This document shows, one piece after another, positions 35,990 through 45,730 of a DNA stretch of 64,000 nt. Below the pieces are notes generated by a model. It was not told the DNA's origin. It saw nothing but the letters and a program-made list of their open reading frames with translations, and searched no databases. Source of the DNA: Verrucomicrobiota bacterium (GTDB lineage Bacteria; Verrucomicrobiota; Verrucomicrobiia; Limisphaerales; JADLHS01). The stretch is from positions 467,929 to 531,928 of the forward strand of contig JAKQDQ010000178.1 of NCBI GenBank assembly GCA_029573725.1, given 5' to 3'. How positions within the stretch are numbered: the first letter of the stretch is position 1; each line of letters starts with the position of its first letter. The translations under genes and the position numbers were made by a program.

Positions 35990-38179
35990 TCAGCGCTGGT
36001 GTTGCGCCTCCACCGCGCGCCGCGCTGCGTCATCGCGCAGACCGATCGCTTCCACCGGGATGCGTCTGAAGCCGTGCGCGAAGGCGGGCGAGTCCGGCTG
36101 CAGCACAAAATCCCGGAGGCTGGCGGAGTCCTGAAGCGGTGTGGCCAGACTGCCGGCGGCGTTGGTCAGGTTGTTTGTTAACTCAAGCAGGGCGGTGGTG
36201 GCATGCCAGCCGACGTCGAGCCATTTCCCCACACAAACATTCTGCGCGAGGCGATTTCCCTCCGGCGGCACACCGTGAAACGCCCCGCCGGTGATGGCCG
36301 GTCCGCCGGGCGGGCCGTAATAGGCGTCGAGTGACTTGAGCGCGGGATAGCGTGTCCGATAAAGATCAAGCGGCACCTCGTGCAGCCGCCGGCGCATGGT
36401 GTCGTTCACCATGTTGCGCCAGACCGGGGTGGGATCAAGGCCGCGTCCGTCCACGCGCACCGCCGGATCGCAGTCCACAAACAGATTGTTCTCGACCCGG
36501 TGGTCCCGGCCCCCGCCGATGAACATGGCCCAGTGCACCTGGTGGAACACATTCCCGAACACCTCCGTGCCGCTCACGCAGTCATCCATGTACACGCCCA
36601 TCGAGCCCATGCCGACGCCGCCGGTATGATGAATGAAGTTGTGGCGGATCCGGTTGCCGCGAAAGGTGTAGTCGCGTCCGGTGTAGATCGCCCCCACATC
36701 GCCGGTTTCCAGCGCGATGTGGTGGATTTCGTTGAATTCCATCAGATGATCGTTGCCCCAGAAAAGGATGGCGCAGTGCGGCTGATCATGAATCAGATTA
36801 TGGGAGGCGCGCAGGCCGACGCCGGTCAGGTGGATGGGCGGCACATAGCATTTGGACCACCGCCCCTGCCGCTGAAAATGACAGTTCTCCACGTAATGCC
36901 CGCCCGGAACGAGGGTTTGCCGGTCTCCACCGTTCAAATCCACGCCACCATCCCCGGTGTCCCAAATGTCACACGCCTCCACGCCGTGGCCGTAGCCGCC
37001 GCTGACCACCACCGCACTGTTGCCGATGTTGCGCAGCAGACAGCTGACCATGCGGATATTGGCGCCACCGTTGATTTCGATGCCGTGAGCGCGGGTGGCT
37101 TCGAACGTCAGTCCGCGGAAGACGACGTTGGAGACCGCGTTGAGTTTGAGCAACGGCTGGTCGAGCAGCGAAAGCAGGATTTCCGGAGCCGGGTTGGGCG
37201 TGGGCGGCGGCCAGAAATAAATCCTCCCCGTCCGGCGTTCCAGAAACCACTCGCCCGGTGCGTCCAGTTCCTCGAGAATATTCAGGAAATAAAAGCGCTG
37301 ATCCTTGCGGAAGCCGTAGTGTCCGTAGGGCGGCGCGGTTCGCACCAGGCGCCGTTCCCGGTCAAGGGAGGCGATTCTTTCATACGAGTTCGCCCAGTCA
37401 TAGGCCCAGTAACCGTGCGCCCAGAGGTCGCCGACCTCCCGCCAGCGGCGCGGCCGGTCGCCGGAATAGAAGAAGCCGTTGGTCAGCGCCCCCAATTGTC
37501 CGCCGTGTGCATCCGTTTCACCGGCCGGATAGCCGGCGATTTTGATGAACTCCCCCTCATTGGGCCACCGCGCCAGCGTCATCGGCCGATGGTCGAAAAA
37601 CAATTCCCAATGCGCCACGGCGGTGGGCCGGTCAAAACCCCGGGACTTCATTTCGCCAAAGCCGGTGATGCCCATGGCGCGGAGGTCGAATTGGCGTATG
37701 TGGGGTCGCGCCGTTTCGTCAAAACGCGCCCGGACGGCGGAGTCGGTGACGGGTTGAAAGGGTCCCAGCGCGCGGCCGCCCAGCAGACGCGCGCGGTCCT
37801 GTTTCCAGGCGCGCCAGACGGTGGGGGCATTGGGGGTGCCGGAATCGGCCGGACCCAGTTCCAGGGCATTGGTGCGAAGATAATCACCGCCATGCAACCA
37901 GACCGTGACGGTTTCGCCGGCGGTGGCGGCGCGCGCCTCCTGCACGGCGGCGCGCGCGCGTTCCAGCGACGCGAACGGCCTGGATTCGCTGCCGGGGTTC
38001 GCGTCGTGGCCACCCGGAGCGACATGGTATTCGGCGGCACCGGCCCACGAGAGGCCGAGCAGCAGGATGAGCAGCCCCCACCAGCGGGTGGCGGCGGACG
38101 CACCCGGAGCGATGCCCGGGGCCTTGCAGGGCGGATGGCGCATGGGCTTCAGCCGGCTCCGGGACGTGGACGTGCTCAT
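35990..38179 (-). CDS. Right-handed parallel beta-helix repeat protein (pectate-lyase fold), secreted
   Basis: Signal anchor WWGLLILLLGLSWAGA, then AEYHVAPGGHDANPGSESRPFASLERARAAV, the usual opening of this family. Beta-helix coil repeats are present (NVVFRGLTFE, IEINGGANIRMVSCLLRNIGNSAVVVSGG, ...). It has a 4-nt overlap with the upstream gene. Confidence 0.8.
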   Translation of the reverse strand: MSTSTSRSRLKPMRHPPCKAPGIAPGASAATRWWGLLILLLGLSWAGAAEYHVAPGGHDANPGSESRPFASLERARAAVQEARAATAGETVTVWLHGGDYLRTNALELGPADSGTPNAPTVWRAWKQDRARLLGGRALGPFQPVTDSAVRARFDETARPHIRQFDLRAMGITGFGEMKSRGFDRPTAVAHWELFFDHRPMTLARWPNEGEFIKIAGYPAGETDAHGGQLGALTNGFFYSGDRPRRWREVGDLWAHGYWAYDWANSYERIASLDRERRLVRTAPPYGHYGFRKDQRFYFLNILEELDAPGEWFLERRTGRIYFWPPPTPNPAPEILLSLLDQPLLKLNAVSNVVFRGLTFEATRAHGIEINGGANIRMVSCLLRNIGNSAVVVSGGYGHGVEACDIWDTGDGGVDLNGGDRQTLVPGGHYVENCHFQRQGRWSKCYVPPIHLTGVGLRASHNLIHDQPHCAILFWGNDHLMEFNEIHHIALETGDVGAIYTGRDYTFRGNRIRHNFIHHTGGVGMGSMGVYMDDCVSGTEVFGNVFHQVHWAMFIGGGRDHRVENNLFVDCDPAVRVDGRGLDPTPVWRNMVNDTMRRRLHEVPLDLYRTRYPALKSLDAYYGPPGGPAITGGAFHGVPPEGNRLAQNVCVGKWLDVGWHATTALLELTNNLTNAAGSLATPLQDSASLRDFVLQPDSPAFAHGFRRIPVEAIGLRDDAARRAVEAQHQR

Positions 38180-39753
38180 GGGCGCAGGAACGCTTCAATG
38201 TCGCGCTGCATTTTCTGCAGGTCCGGTGGGTTGACGTACATCATGTGCCCCGCCGCGTATTCTGCATGGAAGATGTTGGTATGATACGGTCCAGCCAGCG
38301 GCATGTGGTTCAAGCTGTAACGCATGCCGTCAATCGGGCAGGCGAGGTCGCGCAACCCGCCCAGCACCAGCAGGCGCAGGTGGGGATTTTGATTCATGAC
38401 GCCGGCGAGGCGTCCCGAGACCGTTGGCGCGCTGTTGCGGGCGTCGAAATTCCAGGGATGCACGCCGGCCAGGATCTCGTAAGGCAGATCATTTTCAAAT
38501 TTCAATTCCTCACGCACGTAGGCGTTCATGGCGGCGGAGAAGGGGCCATAGGTGGCGGCGTAGGACGGATCGAAACCGGGGCTGGCCGCGCCGGCATCCC
38601 CATCCCGTCCCGTGATGCGGGCATCGTACCGGCCCAGAATCAAGCCCTGCTCCGCGAGCAGTTTTTTGCGGAAGGCGGCGGGTGAAATCCGCAGATTTTG
38701 GGCGATGATCCAATCGGCGGGCAAACCGGTCAGGCGCGCCAGCCTGGCGCCGACTCGGGTGCGGTCTGCCGCGGGGAGCGCATGTCCGGCCAGCAACGCC
38801 GCCGGGTAATCGGCGCGCGTGAATTCGCGCGCCTCCGCCAGCGCCTGGGCCAGATCGTTCTGCAAATCCGGCGGCAGTTTGTGATGGTAGTGGGCGGTGG
38901 CGGTGTAGGTCGGCAGAAAGAGCAGATACGTCAGGTCGCCGGCCGCGCCGCCCTGGAGCGTGGCAAAATCCAGGACGCCGGACACCAGGATGAGTCCGTT
39001 CAAATACATGCCGTACCGCGAGTGCAGGTGGTCCGCCAGGCCGGCCGCGCGAAACACTCCGTAACTTTCGCCACACAAATACTTGGGCGCCAGCCAGCGA
39101 TGGTGCCGCGTCGTCCACAACCGGATGAACTCGCCGATCGCCTCGATGTCCTCCGATTGTCCGAAGAACTGCTCGACCTTTTCGTCCTTCGCCGGCCGGC
39201 TGTAACCGGTGGCCACCGGATCAATGAACACAAGGTCGGTTGCGTGGAGAATGGAAAACTCATTGTCCGTCAGCCCGAATGGCGGTGGGGGCAGGGTGCC
39301 GTCCGGATTTAACCGTACCCGTCGCGGTCCGAGCGCGCCCAGGTGCAGCCAGACGGAAGAGGAGCCGGGTCCGCCGTTGAAGGAAAACGTGATGGGCCGC
39401 GGGCGGGCGTTGGGGGCGTCGGACACCGAATAGGCAATGTAGAAAACTGAAGCGCGCGCGCGCCCGTCGGACTTCAGCAGCGGCAGCATTCCGGTTTCCG
39501 CAACGTACGTGACATGACGGCCCGCGATGGTGACGGTGTTGGTGGTCAGGACCGGCCGGGTGGTGGCGTCGGGCACCGTGGCGAGGATGGCGTTGGTTTC
39601 CGTCCCGGGCAGTTTGGCGCCGGGCCCGGGTGGGGGCGGTTCCGCGGCCCCGGCCGGGCCGGGGCCGAGCAGCAATGCCGCCGCAAGGGGCAGGAGGGCT
39701 GGAGTTGTCTTCATGTGAGGGCAGACTGGCGTGTCCGCATCGTGGGGGGTCAA
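38176..39753 (-). CDS. Peptidase S10 family serine carboxypeptidase
   Basis: FSFNGGPGSSSVWLHLGALGP and the catalytic-serine motif LCGESYGVF are present, along with a signal peptide. It has 4-nt overlaps with both neighbours. Confidence 0.85.
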   Translation of the reverse strand: MTPHDADTPVCPHMKTTPALLPLAAALLLGPGPAGAAEPPPPGPGAKLPGTETNAILATVPDATTRPVLTTNTVTIAGRHVTYVAETGMLPLLKSDGRARASVFYIAYSVSDAPNARPRPITFSFNGGPGSSSVWLHLGALGPRRVRLNPDGTLPPPPFGLTDNEFSILHATDLVFIDPVATGYSRPAKDEKVEQFFGQSEDIEAIGEFIRLWTTRHHRWLAPKYLCGESYGVFRAAGLADHLHSRYGMYLNGLILVSGVLDFATLQGGAAGDLTYLLFLPTYTATAHYHHKLPPDLQNDLAQALAEAREFTRADYPAALLAGHALPAADRTRVGARLARLTGLPADWIIAQNLRISPAAFRKKLLAEQGLILGRYDARITGRDGDAGAASPGFDPSYAATYGPFSAAMNAYVREELKFENDLPYEILAGVHPWNFDARNSAPTVSGRLAGVMNQNPHLRLLVLGGLRDLACPIDGMRYSLNHMPLAGPYHTNIFHAEYAAGHMMYVNPPDLQKMQRDIEAFLRP

Positions 39754-41039
39754 AAGCCTTCGCCAAACAGATTGGCCAGGCGGGCGGTGAGCTTGCGCCG
39801 GGCGACGGCATAGGAAAAGTACTTCAAGGCGAGTTGATAATTCTTGAGGGCCCAGTTGGCGCGCAACGCCGTGTTGGTCAGGAGTTCGCGCGTTTCCGCC
39901 ACCACTTCGCGGGTGATGAACTGGGACATGGCAATGATCTGGAATCCCAACGGTCCGATGTCCCGCGCGTACACGGCATACGTGTTCACGACCACGGGCT
40001 TGCCGAAATAAATTGCCTCCAGGAAGGCGTTGCCGAAGCCTTCGTAATGGCTGGGATACGTGACCAGATCCGCGTGGGGATAAACGTCGAAGAGCGTGTA
40101 GATTTTCCGGCCTTCCGGTGTGCGCCCGCGTGTTTCCCCCACGCGATCGGCAATGAAACGCACATCAATTTTCGCCTCCTCGATCCGGTCGCGCATCAGT
40201 TGCATGTACGCGTTGCCTTCGTCGCCTGCGGGATGGGAGATGACCAGTTTGGCGCGCGGATCTTTCAACTGGCGCACCAGCTCGATGGCGTGTTCGATGC
40301 CCTTGCGGGCCACGACCCGCGTGGGCTGCAGGATGAACCAGTCGGAATCCGCCAGGCCGATTTCCTGCCGGACGTCCCGGTTGTAGTCATCCAATCCGGG
40401 CGCGGGCGTTTCATAATCCAGCACGTTGGGAATGATGGCGGAGGGCAGACTGCAGCGGCGCGCCAGCTCCTTCTGGGCCATGGAATTGATGACGACGTGT
40501 TCCACGCCCGGGAGGGAGGCCGGAAAGGCGGCGCGCAGGTAATCATTGACGGCGGTAAGGGTGAACCGCTCGCGTTCCCAGGCGAAGTCGTGGTGATGCG
40601 CAATCGTGGGCAGACCGGTTTCCGCAATCACTTCGGTCATGGCCAGGCCGAGCGCCACATGCATGGGGATGGCCATGATGTTTTGCGGGATCAGCACCTC
40701 CAGTTTGAACTGCTCAATGAAGCGGTATATTTCGTCCTTCAACAGGTCCTTGAGGGTCTGGATTTCCCGGGTGATCTCCCGATTCCGCTTGGTGACGCTG
40801 AACAGCCGGCCCTGTAACGCCGCCACGCGCGGGTGGTTGAAAAACGCCAGCGGCGCCGTGTAACCGCTGCCGGCGGGCGCATCCAGCAGCCCCGCCATCC
40901 AGAAGCAGTCGTGCCCCATCTTCTTCAAAATGTCCGCCCACTTGCGCGCTTCGAGCGTGACCCCGTCCGTGCCGTGGAACCGGGTGGAAATGAATCCGAT
41001 GCGTTTGGGCGGGCAGCGGGTGAAGACGGTGTCGCTCAT
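39750..41039 (-). CDS. Glycosyltransferase family 4 (GT-B) protein
   Basis: N-terminus IGFISTRFHGTDGVTLEARKWADIL. C-terminal GT-B motif VTYPSHYEGFGNAFLEAIYFGKPVVV. Confidence 0.85.
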   Translation of the reverse strand: MSDTVFTRCPPKRIGFISTRFHGTDGVTLEARKWADILKKMGHDCFWMAGLLDAPAGSGYTAPLAFFNHPRVAALQGRLFSVTKRNREITREIQTLKDLLKDEIYRFIEQFKLEVLIPQNIMAIPMHVALGLAMTEVIAETGLPTIAHHHDFAWERERFTLTAVNDYLRAAFPASLPGVEHVVINSMAQKELARRCSLPSAIIPNVLDYETPAPGLDDYNRDVRQEIGLADSDWFILQPTRVVARKGIEHAIELVRQLKDPRAKLVISHPAGDEGNAYMQLMRDRIEEAKIDVRFIADRVGETRGRTPEGRKIYTLFDVYPHADLVTYPSHYEGFGNAFLEAIYFGKPVVVNTYAVYARDIGPLGFQIIAMSQFITREVVAETRELLTNTALRANWALKNYQLALKYFSYAVARRKLTARLANLFGEGF

Positions 41040-41049
41040 AAATGCGCCA

Positions 41050-42480
41050 TTAACAAGACTCCCGACACTGCCCCACGGGCTGGTTCAGGTGCGCGACCGT
41101 CCCCAGCTCCGGCAGTTCGGCAATGACACCGTGGCGTTGCTGAATCAGCCGCGCCAGCGGTTCGCGTCCGCGCGCCTCGCCATGGGTCAGGAACAGTCGC
41201 GGGCGGCAGTGCGCCATCTGACCAAACCAGCGCAGCAGTTCGGTTTGCCCCGCGTGCGCGCTGAAACCGTTCAACGTGTGGATGGTGGCCCGCACGGCGA
41301 TTTTTTCCCCGAAGATGGACACCTGCTCCGCGCCCTCCACCAGACGCCGGCCCAGCGAACCCTCGCCCTGATAACCGACGATCAACACCCGGGTGTTGTC
41401 GCGCCAGAGATTTTGCTTCAGATGATGCAGAATCCGCCCGCCCGTGCACATTCCGGCGCCGGCCAGAATCATCAGCGGCCCGGGCAGGGGATTCAACGCC
41501 ATGGAGTCCTGGGCCGTCGGCGTGGCTTTCAGCGTGTCCAAATCCGCGAGCACCGGACGCCGGGCGTTCAACGCCTGAAATTCCGCATCAAACAAGTCCA
41601 GGTGTTCCCAGTAAATTTTGGTGGCCTCCACGGCCATGGGGCTGTCGAGATAGATGGGGAATTTGGGCACCACCCGGCGCCGGAACATCAGGGCCAGTAA
41701 ATACAGCAGCAATTGCGTGCGCCCGACCGCAAAGACCGGGACCAGGATCTTGCTGCGCTGCGCCACCGCATTTTTGACGAGCGCCTCAAATTCCCGCACC
41801 GTTTCCGGGAGCGGTTTGTTGTCCCGATCTCCGTAAGTGGATTCCATGACCACGATGTCGGCTTTGTCGAAGCCCACGGCGTCGTGCAGAATCGGCGCGC
41901 CTTTGGGCCCTAGATCCCCGGAGAAGACAATCCGCTGCGTGATACCCTGGTCCTGCACGCACAACTGCAGACTGGCGGACCCCAGCATGTGCCCCGCCTC
42001 GACCCAGCGCGCCAGAATGCCGGGCGCCACCTCCACCGGTTTCCCATAGGGCACCGCCTGAAACTGCCGCATGAGGGCCGCCACCTCCGCCGCCGTGTAG
42101 AGCGGCGCCTGCAGCGGCTCGCCCGCCCGTTGGCGCTTGCGATTCGCGCGCTCCGTGTCCATCGCCTGCAAATGGGCGGAGTCGCGCAGGATCAGATCGG
42201 TCAACGGAATCGTCGCTTCGGTGGCGTAGATCGGCCGGCGAAAATCGCGCCGCACCAGCAACGGCAGCCGTCCCGTATGATCCAGGTGGGCATGCGTGAC
42301 GAGCACCGCGTCCAGCTTGGCGACGTCCAGGGTGGCCGGGATGTGGTTGTGATCTTCGTGATTGTTGAAACCCTGGAACAGGCCGAAGTCAATCAGCACC
42401 GCCGCCCGGCTGGTTTGGATGAGGTAGGCCGAACCCGTAACGGTCCCCGCCGCGCCATGAAAAGTCAGTTTGATGCCCAT
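41050..42480 (-). CDS. MBL-fold metallo-hydrolase, beta-CASP ribonuclease family
   Basis: HxHxDH motif (VTHAHLDHTGRLPLL). Beta-CASP region (VMESTYGDRDN ... PVFAVGRTQLLLY). C-terminal HGE motif (LTHGEARG). Confidence 0.85.
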   Translation of the reverse strand: MGIKLTFHGAAGTVTGSAYLIQTSRAAVLIDFGLFQGFNNHEDHNHIPATLDVAKLDAVLVTHAHLDHTGRLPLLVRRDFRRPIYATEATIPLTDLILRDSAHLQAMDTERANRKRQRAGEPLQAPLYTAAEVAALMRQFQAVPYGKPVEVAPGILARWVEAGHMLGSASLQLCVQDQGITQRIVFSGDLGPKGAPILHDAVGFDKADIVVMESTYGDRDNKPLPETVREFEALVKNAVAQRSKILVPVFAVGRTQLLLYLLALMFRRRVVPKFPIYLDSPMAVEATKIYWEHLDLFDAEFQALNARRPVLADLDTLKATPTAQDSMALNPLPGPLMILAGAGMCTGGRILHHLKQNLWRDNTRVLIVGYQGEGSLGRRLVEGAEQVSIFGEKIAVRATIHTLNGFSAHAGQTELLRWFGQMAHCRPRLFLTHGEARGREPLARLIQQRHGVIAELPELGTVAHLNQPVGQCRESC

Positions 42481-42523
42481 GCAGCGTTCGTTAGAAAATC
42501 CGCACCACGTCCGGCCGCCCGCT

Positions 42524-42805
42524 TCAACGCCGGGTCATGGACCGGACCCAACGCCAGGCCGACAGGGCGGCCGGCGCCCATCGTTTCAGGTTGCGCCAAT
42601 ACCGCCAGGTGACCAGTCCGGCCACGGCCCCGCCCGCCAGCATCCACGGGCTGTGCGTGACGCGGGTGCGGGTGGCGGATAATTCGGAGAGGGCGGTGCG
42701 CCACTTTTCCGCTTCCAGCGTGATCAGGTTGCGATGCAACTCTGCTTCGAGGAGGAGCAGTTGACGCTGTTCCGCCAGGCGGGTTAATCGCGATTTTTCA
42801 GGCAT
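42524..42805 (-). CDS. YqjK-like small membrane protein
   Basis: ATG 42805 within track ORF 42524-43066: MPEKSRLTRLAEQRQLLLLEAELHRNLITLEAEKW...SPWMLAGGAVAGLVTW. It occupies third position after YqjD-like and YqjE-like genes, as in E. coli yqjD-yqjE-yqjK. Confidence 0.5.
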   Translation of the reverse strand: MPEKSRLTRLAEQRQLLLLEAELHRNLITLEAEKWRTALSELSATRTRVTHSPWMLAGGAVAGLVTWRYWRNLKRWAPAALSAWRWVRSMTRR

Positions 42806-43173
42806 GCGTTGTCCTTGCGAAACTCTTCCACGGTGTGGGCGAACGGCGGGGCCTCCGTGCGCAGGCGCTGCACCAGTTTCCAGACGATGAACGCGGCGGC
42901 GACCAGACAGGCCACCACCAGGCCGATGACGCCCGGATAACCGGCCCGACCCCACAACCAGCAGGCCAGCGCGCCCAGGGCGATCAGCATTCCCGCGCTG
43001 CCGAGGACTCCGGCCAGCGCCAGCCAGCCGAGCAGGCGGATCAAGCGCAGCTTTTCCTCCTGCCACTCGACGGCGAACAACTCGAGCCGGTTGCGCACCA
43101 GCGCCTGCAGCGAATCCGTCATTCGCCGGAGGGACTCACGCCATGCAAACAGATGGGGCGCTTCGTCGGCCAT
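42784..43173 (-). CDS. YqjE-like (DUF1469 / holin-X family) membrane protein
   Basis: LVRNRLELFAVEWQEEKLRLIRLLGWLALAGVLGSAGMLIALGALACWLW... shows an amphipathic N-helix followed by two TM helices. Confidence 0.65.
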   Translation of the reverse strand: MADEAPHLFAWRESLRRMTDSLQALVRNRLELFAVEWQEEKLRLIRLLGWLALAGVLGSAGMLIALGALACWLWGRAGYPGVIGLVVACLVAAAFIVWKLVQRLRTEAPPFAHTVEEFRKDNACLKNRD

Positions 43174-43179
43174 GGACGG

Positions 43180-43515
43180 TCATTTGCGCGCCAGCAGTGC
43201 GCCGAGCAGCAACCCCACGCCAAACGCAACGCCCAGGGATTCGTAAGGATGCTCGCGGATCAGGTTGTCCGCCTTCCGGGCGGCGGCCCGCGCCGTGGCG
43301 CCCGTCTGTTCCTGAAGCTGCGCACAGGTGATTTTGGCGCGCTCAAGAGCTGCCGTCATCCGCACACGGGCTTCCTTGGCCTTTTCGCTGACGTCCCCAA
43401 CAGTGGCCCTTAATAAGTCCTCCGCATCACGCGTCAGAATTTTCAAGTCCGCCATGACCCGCGCCCGCGGGGAAACTTCCATGCCCTGCTCAAGGGACTC
43501 TGTATCGGTTGCCAT
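43180..43515 (-). CDS. ElaB/YqjD/DUF883-family membrane-anchored protein
   Basis: ATG 43515 within track ORF 43180-43632. The sequence DLKILTRDAEDLLRATVGDVSEKAKEARVRMTAALERAKITCAQLQEQ...IREHPYESLGVAFGVGLLLGALLARK has the typical C-terminal anchor. Confidence 0.75.
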   Translation of the reverse strand: MATDTESLEQGMEVSPRARVMADLKILTRDAEDLLRATVGDVSEKAKEARVRMTAALERAKITCAQLQEQTGATARAAARKADNLIREHPYESLGVAFGVGLLLGALLARK

Positions 43516-43904
43516 AATTTTCCTTGGTCTTGGCCTTTGTACCGGCCGGTTCAGTTCGTCGAATCGTTCGCTTGCTGCCAGTCCACCCGGACCACGGCAA
43601 CTGTACGCCAGAATTTCGTCGCTGCCAAGCAAACTAGGTCATTTATCCAGGCCGGCCGTTCCACGCAAAGCTGACCGGACCACGCCACGCTGCCTCCCGG
43701 GACTTGCGATGTCTTTTCCAGTGGCCGCAGGAGGCGGGTTTCCTTCCACCCATTTTGCCGCCCGGCACTGCGCCGGATCCGGAACGGTTCAATCCACCTT
43801 CCTGTCATCGCGCGCCCCAAGTCCGGCGGGCGGTTGGAATTTGCCGCGGACTTTCGTGCGCCGCGGGGAAGGGCCCGCAGGATTCCGCCTGCGGGCCTTG
43901 CGCG

Positions 43905-44141
43905 CTACTTCAAGGCTTCCAGGCCGGCCCCGAAGTTGATGTGATAGGCCTGTCCGTTCATCACCAGGGCGGGCACGGATTTGACGCCGGCCTTTTCCGC
44001 CTCGGCCACGCGCGGCTTGCTTTGGCCGAGATGGACGATCTCCACGTCGAACCGCAAGCGGTCCAATGCGGCGACGATGTTTTGTTCAGCGGCGAGGCAG
44101 ACCGGGCAGCCCGCGTGATAGAATACGACTTTGGTCTTCAT
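43905..44141 (-). CDS. Small thioredoxin-fold (glutaredoxin-like) protein
   Basis: MKTKVVFYHAGCPVCLAAEQ has a CPVC redox motif in a 78-aa thioredoxin_3-like layout. It is divergent from the HxlR regulator gene. Confidence 0.75.
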   Translation of the reverse strand: MKTKVVFYHAGCPVCLAAEQNIVAALDRLRFDVEIVHLGQSKPRVAEAEKAGVKSVPALVMNGQAYHINFGAGLEALK

Positions 44142-44286
44142 GTGATTCCTTTCGTTGTGTGCTCGTCAGTGAGCAGGTTTCAGTATCCTCCAAAAGCAAT
44201 TCCGCGCCAGAGGGCACAAATCAGCGGGGAGGTTACCAAAAAGTTCCCCCGCGACTTTTGGCCGTAGTGCGCTAAACTGGCGGCGC

Positions 44287-44625
44287 ATGAAACGCCAACC
44301 GCTGTCGGCGCGCGCGCGCGCGGAGTATCATCGGCTCGAAGACGTGATCGGGTGCAAGTGGAGCGCGGGCATCGTCGCCGCCATTGCCGCCGGCGTGCGC
44401 CGCCCTGGTGCATTGGAGCGGTACATCCCCGGCATCTCCACCAAGGTGCTGAATGAACGGCTGCGCAAATTGCGGGCGTTTGGCCTCATCACCCGGACGG
44501 AATTTCCGGGCCTGCCCGCGCGCGTGGATTATGTCCTGACGCCCACCGGCAAAAAGCTGGCGAGGATTCTCGGTCAACTCCAGGACTTGAACCACCGGCA
44601 CACCACCGATCCCACCGCTTCATGA
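44287..44625 (+). CDS. HxlR-family winged-helix transcriptional regulator
   Basis: CKWSAGIVAAIAAGVRRPGALERYIPGISTKVLNERLRKLRAFGLITRTEFPGLPARVDYVLTPTGKKL. Confidence 0.85.
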   Translation: MKRQPLSARARAEYHRLEDVIGCKWSAGIVAAIAAGVRRPGALERYIPGISTKVLNERLRKLRAFGLITRTEFPGLPARVDYVLTPTGKKLARILGQLQDLNHRHTTDPTAS

Positions 44626-45323
44626 AGCCCGCGCTGCTCCTGTCCCTCCAAATCGCACCCGTCAACACCATCGCCGCCACGGGCAGCGGCGCCTGGTGGG
44701 ATCAGCCGTGGACGAGCGGCTTTCACAAGCAGACCGTCGCAGGGCGGGTCTGGCTTGGCTACGAGGGTTTGCGCGGCGACCAACAGGCGGATCGCCGGCA
44801 TCATGGTGGCGTGGAAAAAGCCGTTTGCGTCTATCCGATCGAACATTATCCCGCCTGGCGCGAATCGCTACACCTTCCCGAGCTGGCGCCGGGTGCGTTT
44901 GGCGAAAATTTCACCGTGCAAGGCCTGCCGGAGCCGGACGTGTGCATCGGGGACGTGTTTCAAATCGGCGGCGCGCGGGTGCAGGTTTCCCAACCGCGTC
45001 AACCCTGCTGGAAACTTGCCCGGCGCTGGCGGATCAAGGATCTGACCGCGCAGGCGGAGCAGAGCGGACGTACCGGATTTTATCTTCGCGTGCTTGAGCA
45101 CGGCTGGGTGGCGGCGGGTGGGCCGATTGAATTGCGGCAGCGGTCGTTTCCGCGTTTCACCATTGCCTACGCCAACGAAGTGATGCACCAGCGGAAGACG
45201 GATTTTGCCGCCGCCGCCGAACTCGCCGGCTGCCCGCTGCTGTCCGCGAGTTGGAAGGACTCCCTCTGGTTGCGCGCCGAGCAGAAACAGGCCGCCGACC
45301 CCTCCGAACGCACGGAACAATAG
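44622..45323 (+). CDS. MOSC domain protein (YiiM-like)
   Basis: GLRGDQQADRRHHGGVEKAVCVYPIEHY...GAFGENFTVQGL...IGDVFQIGGARVQVSQPRQPCWKLARRW. It has a 4-nt overlap with hxlR-like. Confidence 0.85.
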   Translation: MKPALLLSLQIAPVNTIAATGSGAWWDQPWTSGFHKQTVAGRVWLGYEGLRGDQQADRRHHGGVEKAVCVYPIEHYPAWRESLHLPELAPGAFGENFTVQGLPEPDVCIGDVFQIGGARVQVSQPRQPCWKLARRWRIKDLTAQAEQSGRTGFYLRVLEHGWVAAGGPIELRQRSFPRFTIAYANEVMHQRKTDFAAAAELAGCPLLSASWKDSLWLRAEQKQAADPSERTEQ

Positions 45324-45439
45324 GGTTCCAGTCGCGTGTCGAACCGGCATTGCTTCGGTTGCAAATTGATGAGCATCTCTCCGGTACACTGTTCGGAAGT
45401 GGACCGGGAGCGAACGGAAGCGCAGCCCGGCACAGCCGT

Positions 45440-45514
45440 CTCCTCTACCGGCACGACGAGCTCGCCCGTGATGTAATCCTTCCGCTCGGGAATGTTCTTG
45501 TCCGGGTGAGAGCC
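45440..45514 (-). pseudogene. Relic of a GyrB/ParE-type 3' end (about 25 codons)
   Basis: The reverse strand reads GSHPDKNIPERKDYITGELVVPVEE, versus the intact C-terminus FYMGKNTPERKDYIMDRLVVPVEE at 45734-45808. I count about 56 of 75 nt identical by hand alignment. The stop codon is lost and no upstream coding context remains. Confidence 0.45.
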
Positions 45515-45574
45515 TGATTCACAACTCCGAGTGGAGCTGTTGTCGGGCGAATGGTTGGATGGCGATCAACAATG

Positions 45575-45728
45575 TTTCCGCCACCCCTTCAGGGTGGAAA
45601 TGATTTCTTGGAACGCTCCCCGGGGTGGTCGCTGCGCTCCAACCCCGGGCTAATTTCCGCTGCCCCATTGGGGCAGATCAGTTCGGCTTCGCGGAACATC
45701 GTGGACGCACGGCAGGGCGTCCCTGCCG
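45575..45728. repeat. Cluster of four short GC hairpins downstream of the topoisomerase gene
   Basis: Four hairpins. 45575-45600: TTTCCgcCACCC cttca GGGTGGAAA. 45619-45649: CCCGGGG, 17 nt, CCCCGGG. 45660-45676: CTGCCCC att GGGGCAG. 45710-45728: CGGCAGGG cgt CCCTGCCG. The last ends 2 nt from the stop codon at 45731-45733. Confidence 0.55.
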
Positions 45729-45730
45729 GA

